A DNA stretch of 20,000 nt from an uncultured virus (IMG/VR IMGVR_UViG_3300046168_000051) (lineage: Duplodnaviria; Heunggongvirae; Uroviricota; Caudoviricetes): IMG/VR virus record IMGVR_UViG_3300046168_000051, one strand, 5' to 3'. Shown here in pieces: positions 16,243-20,000 of the stretch. The position numbers and the translations under genes are program-made. Position 1 is the stretch's first letter. Each line of letters opens with the position of its first letter. The notes below the pieces were generated by a model, which had not been told where the DNA came from, ran no database searches, and saw only the letters and a program-made list of their open reading frames with translations.

Positions 16243-17100
16243 CACCTTAGGACTGATTAAATGCGTCCGAAGGAGGTAAAGATTTGACAACCAGTGCATT
16301 ACGCACACACACATTTACCACATGTCATTTCCTACCTCGACCCCCCTTCGGAACGGGGAGAGGCCGTCGAAAGACAAGACCGAAGGTTTGCGCAACAGCG
16401 CCTACCACCCCACCGAAGAATTAGTGCGGAACGAAAGGTTTCGAGGCGATGAAATATGCGCTTTTATGGAACCTTCACTAGTACAATCCTGGAACTTAGT
16501 AGAGAAATCAAACGGCGACGGATAAGCGTGAAATTGCATATATGAGTTAGGACCCAAGCGGTGCTAAGGCTTAGAGTAACAAAGAGTTTCCAATTCTCTT
16601 TAACACGATGACAAGTCTAGCCCAAAACCATGACAAGATGATATGAATTTAGCAACCGAAAGGTTGCACTTAGATGACTGAGAACACTTCGGTGCGGTCG
16701 TCGAAACCCCTGAGCTATGATGCACAGTATAAACGCCCCCTGGCCTAAGGCCTACATGAAATGCCGAATGCTCATGCGACGGTCGAAAGACCATCAAATG
16801 AACAGACTAACTTAACTGACAGGAGGGGATATGACGGACTTCGGTCCCGATGTGCTCGTGCGAAAAAAATGCTGGGGAACAGGGAGAAGGTTACGCACCT
16901 CTCCCTTAGAAGCGAAGTAAAAAACGCCCCAAGTCAATAATTCTCCCCCCGAATCGCCGGGCGCAGAATTAGGCCACCACAACCGTGTTCGACCGGACTG
17001 GTGGCCCCAAGGCTTGGATTAGTGAGTGATGAAATTAATTGAAAGGTTGTTGGACAACCTGTATGGTATACTAGTTTTAACTAGGAGTGCCTACAACTAG
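16243..17100 (+). ncRNA. Candidate large structured non-coding RNA, unit 1; boundaries approximate
   Basis: No credible ORF. Plus-strand GAAA/UUCG-capped stems at 16366-16375, 16652-16667, 16685-16694, 16781-16792 and 16836-16847; longer stems at 16881-16906 and 16972-17006. Confidence 0.7.
16293..16322 (+). repeat. Repeat D, copy 1
   Basis: AGTGCATTACGCACACACACATTTACCACA; differs from 17108-17138 by one A. Confidence 0.9.
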
Positions 17101-17107
17101 AAGATTA

Positions 17108-17138
17108 AGTGCATTACGCACACACACAATTTACCACA
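17108..17138 (+). repeat. Repeat D, copy 2
   Basis: AGTGCATTACGCACACACACAATTTACCACA. Confidence 0.9.
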
Positions 17139-17400
17139 CTCGCCGGAAGTTCGATTTATCGAACTTCGTTATAATAACTTGAGACTAAAATAGGGCTTAT
17201 GCCCGGCGAACCTATCACCGTAAGGATGGTGGGTATAGTCGCACAGTAATTTATCAGCCCTCTTCGGAGGGAAACAGAAATCCAGATACCAGCTTTCAAA
17301 GGCTGAGACTGATATACGCCCACATTAAGTGACCCTACCGGATTGAGCCGAGGGTACAGTGGTGCGCGGAATTTGGATGTTAGAATAACAAACAAAAATT
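17108..17400 (+). ncRNA. Candidate structured RNA, unit 2, with group I intron-like core topology
   Basis: Crossing pairs TCGCC/GGCGA and GACTA/TAGTC, plus hairpins at 17146-17167, 17193-17204, 17210-17234 and 17258-17271. Confidence 0.55.
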
Positions 17401-17437
17401 AACCGGGGTAGCATTAAACCTACCCCGGTTTTTTTTT
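17401..17437 (+). terminator. Intrinsic terminator-like hairpin plus U-tract
   Basis: AACCGGGGTAG-cattaaac-CTACCCCGGTT, a perfect 11-bp stem running into T9. Confidence 0.8.
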
Positions 17438-17495
17438 GTATCAGTGCATGCCTAGAGCATGAATAAGACCTACTACGGTAGGAGGTAAAAAAAAC

Positions 17496-19681
17496 ATGAA
17501 AAAAAATATGAAAATGAATACCCTGATGATGATGATGGTGCTGTTTTTGCTAGGTGGCTTTGTGCTACTTGGTGCGACCGGCACTGCATCAATCGATGAC
17601 CGAACCCAAGCAGACAACGACTCCCAACAGCGTGTCCTTCCCCAGGACATGCACTTGAGCCGTTACTCTGTCAGGAAACCAACCAAGGAAGAGAAGAAAA
17701 AGGCACTATGGCGCCAAGCCAAGTGCAATGCTTCTGTTGACCTTGGAGACTTCTTTGCTATTACTCGCGAGAGTAAGGAGAGAAAGCACCCTGGCACGAA
17801 GCTACAAAAAAATGCTGAAAGACGGTTCGGCATAAAAACCCCCCACGCCAAGCCGCATTTTTACTTGCGAAAGACATCTACAATCGGTGTCATAAATTTG
17901 GCGACGACAGTGTTCAAACGGTCCTCAACGATGAGGTCGAAGAACTACTGAAGTACGGTACAAAGCGGATAAAGGACAAGACCTACGCGGTCGACTATAC
18001 CCTGCATGTACTCAAAGATTTGGGAGGCGCGTTTAAAAGAGTCTTTGAACAGAATGGCCTGGCCATCAATGACAAAGCTCGAAAGAACGACAAAAAGATT
18101 ACCCACCAAGAAAGAGAACAAAGAATGGCTATTAGGCGAAAGCTTACTGTCAATGTCTCTAACCTTGTTACAGCCCTCAAAGCTAACAAGGACATTCTTA
18201 AGGAATCTGGCTATGAATTACAAATCAAACCTTACAAGCACTTCAAGAAGAATTCTGTCACTCCAAAACTGTGGCATGAAATGTCTTTCAAGAGCATGCC
18301 CACTATGAGGGCTGTTGCTAATGAGGTTGAGAAAAATTTCGATTCAACAACCTACAACGATATTAAAGCTCAATACACCGCTGAAGCCCTTAAGGAAGAA
18401 GCAGTAACGAAGCTGAAGTTGTGGAAAGAACTATACGATACTGATATGCAAAAACTCCTGAAGGTTTGCCCTGAAGGAAACGGCCTCTTCGGTATTGTGA
18501 AAGACTTGATGGAAACTGGTACGCTAATACGGACCCTCGAAAAGGAGGGCGTCGAATCAATGAGCACTGTTGAGAAGGTGATAAACCTTCGAAAACAATT
18601 CGTTGAAGCTTACGCGGAACACATGAAGACCACCATGCCTGTTCGTAGTGAACTTTTAGACACAGCTGTCGAAAAAGCAATTACGAGCAAGCTGCGAGAT
18701 ATCAAGAAGAATTCCCACTCCTGGGAAATTATGGTTACTCGCCAACCCCGTCGTAATGAAACAGATGTCACCATGTTGTGGCACCTGTCTCATATGACCG
18801 AATACAAGAACGCTAAGGCTAGCGTTCGAAAGAACAATCATACAGGCGCAAGATACTTGTTGGGACCCTCCAACGGTGTTACTGTACCTGATTCGATTGC
18901 GATTGGATATGTTAGAGCCCTCCGCGACACAAGCGCGGGCTCTCGTCAATTTACCGGTGATACAGTGTCATTACAAATGATACTGCCAAACTGGAAAAGA
19001 CAGTTTACGGTGACAGAAGACATGAAAGACAGCGATGTCAGGAAAGTCATGAAGCGCCGAAAACACCAAGCTGAACTCTATACGATGATTAATGTTGGAC
19101 TGGGCAAAAACCCAAAACAGCCAGCACATCTCGTAATGGGGCTATATTCTGACCCCGCTCTTGTTAAAAGTGGCGGACAGATGGCTGCGCCGGTCCTCAA
19201 GACCCTTAAGCCGCAGTCTGACGCTCCTAATTCTAAGCCTAACAAGCGAAAGAATAAGAGAAAGCAACAAGGACCAAACACAGTTAAGAACACTCAAAAG
19301 GTGAACAAGGCTGCAAAGACCCTTGATGTTGACGCAAACGCAGCAACCCCTGAGGAAGTTGCGTACTACTCGCGTCGTAACGAAAGCGAAAGCCCGAATT
19401 ACGCGAGTATGACAAATTCTGTATTGAAAGAGTACTGTCGTGCTGCTGGCCTCCAAGTCAGCGGTAACAAAGCAGCCCTCGTGGAGCGCCTAAACAGTGC
19501 TCCGTTCAATGTCGACGGAAATGATGATGTATTCGACCAGTTAATGACGACTGGTAGTGCATCCATCGGTGAACCTTCTAAGGAGCCTACAACTCCTAAG
19601 CGAGTAAAGAAGACTGGTCAAAAGCCCGTCACTCCAACTCGTGGCCGCACCACCGGCAAGAAGTCTGACCCTGACAACTGA
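17496..19681 (+). CDS. Large basic protein (~728 aa) with N-terminal hydrophobic helix and C-terminal SAP domain; frameshift near 17806-17820
   Basis: GGAGGT-A8 before ATG 17496. The frame of ORF 18020-19681 is open back to 17819 and reads as protein (KTVRHKNPPRQAAFLLAKDIYNRC...). SAP motif YASMTNSVLKEYCRAAGLQVSGNKAALVERL at about 19400-19492. Confidence 0.75.
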
Positions 19682-19705
19682 ATCGTCAGAATCAACTAGC
19701 CACCC

Positions 19706-19841
19706 CCGCTGCCAATTGGTAGTGGACGCCGCTCCCACCTAGACTCCGGTCCGGGTGGGAGCCCCCCCCCCAAGTACTGGAAATACTTGTGAGCAAATTT
19801 TCTCCCTGCGGTCATTCCCCGACTGCGGGGAGCGTTTGCTC
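19706..19841 (+). other. Intergenic run of four hairpins
   Basis: Stems at 19706-19725, 19731-19762, 19771-19789 and 19791-19841. Confidence 0.7.
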
Positions 19842-19860
19842 TCTCATAAGGTGAAAAAAA

Positions 19861-20000
19861 TTGAACACTAGAATTAAAAATTCAAGTAAAAAAAACTTTG
19901 AACTGAAAATCGTCTACCCGCGCGGAAACCCCGATTCGGATGACGAACCAGTACGAAAGCGACTGTCGACTGAAAATGTATATTCCATACGAAAGAAGTC
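19861..20000 (+). CDS. Hypothetical protein, 3'-truncated
   Basis: AAGGTG-A7 before TTG 19861; frame open to the window end (MNTRIKNSSKKNFELKIVYPRG...). Confidence 0.65.
   Translation, partial: MNTRIKNSSKKNFELKIVYPRGNPDSDDEPVRKRLSTENVYSIRKK

Larger units (their letters stand above)
1..20000. mobile_element. Segment of a large archaeal virus or extrachromosomal element
   Basis: Many orphan ORFs with overlapping start/stop codons, together with a recombinase, divergent PolB, RNase HI and divergent RNAP subunits outside the cellular rpoH-B-A'-A'' operon. Archaeal signals: GGTGA before ATG (667-671, 1785-1789), TATA-like boxes, short Rpo5. No capsid or terminase gene is visible, so virus versus plasmid-like element is unresolved. 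Confidence 0.75.

Noticed and set aside
16303..16322. Telomerase-like CA-rich template in repeat D
   Set aside because: The resemblance is only compositional, and there is no reverse transcriptase in the window.
16284..16797. Short ORFs in the structured region (16284-16424, 16322-16525, 16600-16797)
   Set aside because: They look unlike proteins, and the GGAGGT before 16284 lies within a stem.
16236..17280. RNase P RNA (GAGGAA, AACAGAAA, GGGCUUA fragments)
   Set aside because: The fragments are out of order and no P4 helix can be formed.
17345..17375. Group II intron domain V (GAGCCG...)
   Set aside because: No proper domain V stem with GNRA loop and bulge; the bases pair better in a local hairpin.
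308..19738. Nested and antisense ORFs in the track (e.g. 1326-1709, 3177-3638, 7623-7901, 15482-15913, 18006-18308)
   Set aside because: They are shadows of better-supported genes and have no motifs or translation signals.

Overview
This window looks like part of a large archaeal virus or virus-like element rather than a cellular chromosome; a Thermoplasmatota/Marine Group II-type host is a weak guess. Bases 1-14042 are densely packed. They encode a 5'-truncated serine recombinase, small hypothetical and Zn-binding proteins, and a family B DNA polymerase with non-canonical motifs (KRMRASFYG, FGHTDS). Converging on polB is a translationally coupled minus-strand operon: acidic protein, membrane protein, archaeal-type Rpo5 (RpoH), RNase HI, and a divergent 1741-aa RNA polymerase largest subunit with A' and A'' in one chain. 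RHH and winged-helix regulators are transcribed divergently from it. Bases 14039-20000 are organised differently: orphan genes separated by four families of repeated structured elements, a ~1.2 kb non-coding region rich in tetraloop hairpins with a possible group I intron-like core, a hairpin-plus-U-run terminator, and a frameshifted membrane-anchored SAP-domain protein. The main leads are the element-encoded archaeal-type RNA polymerase and the structured-RNA system. All calls come from reading motifs by eye; no searches or folding programs were run.
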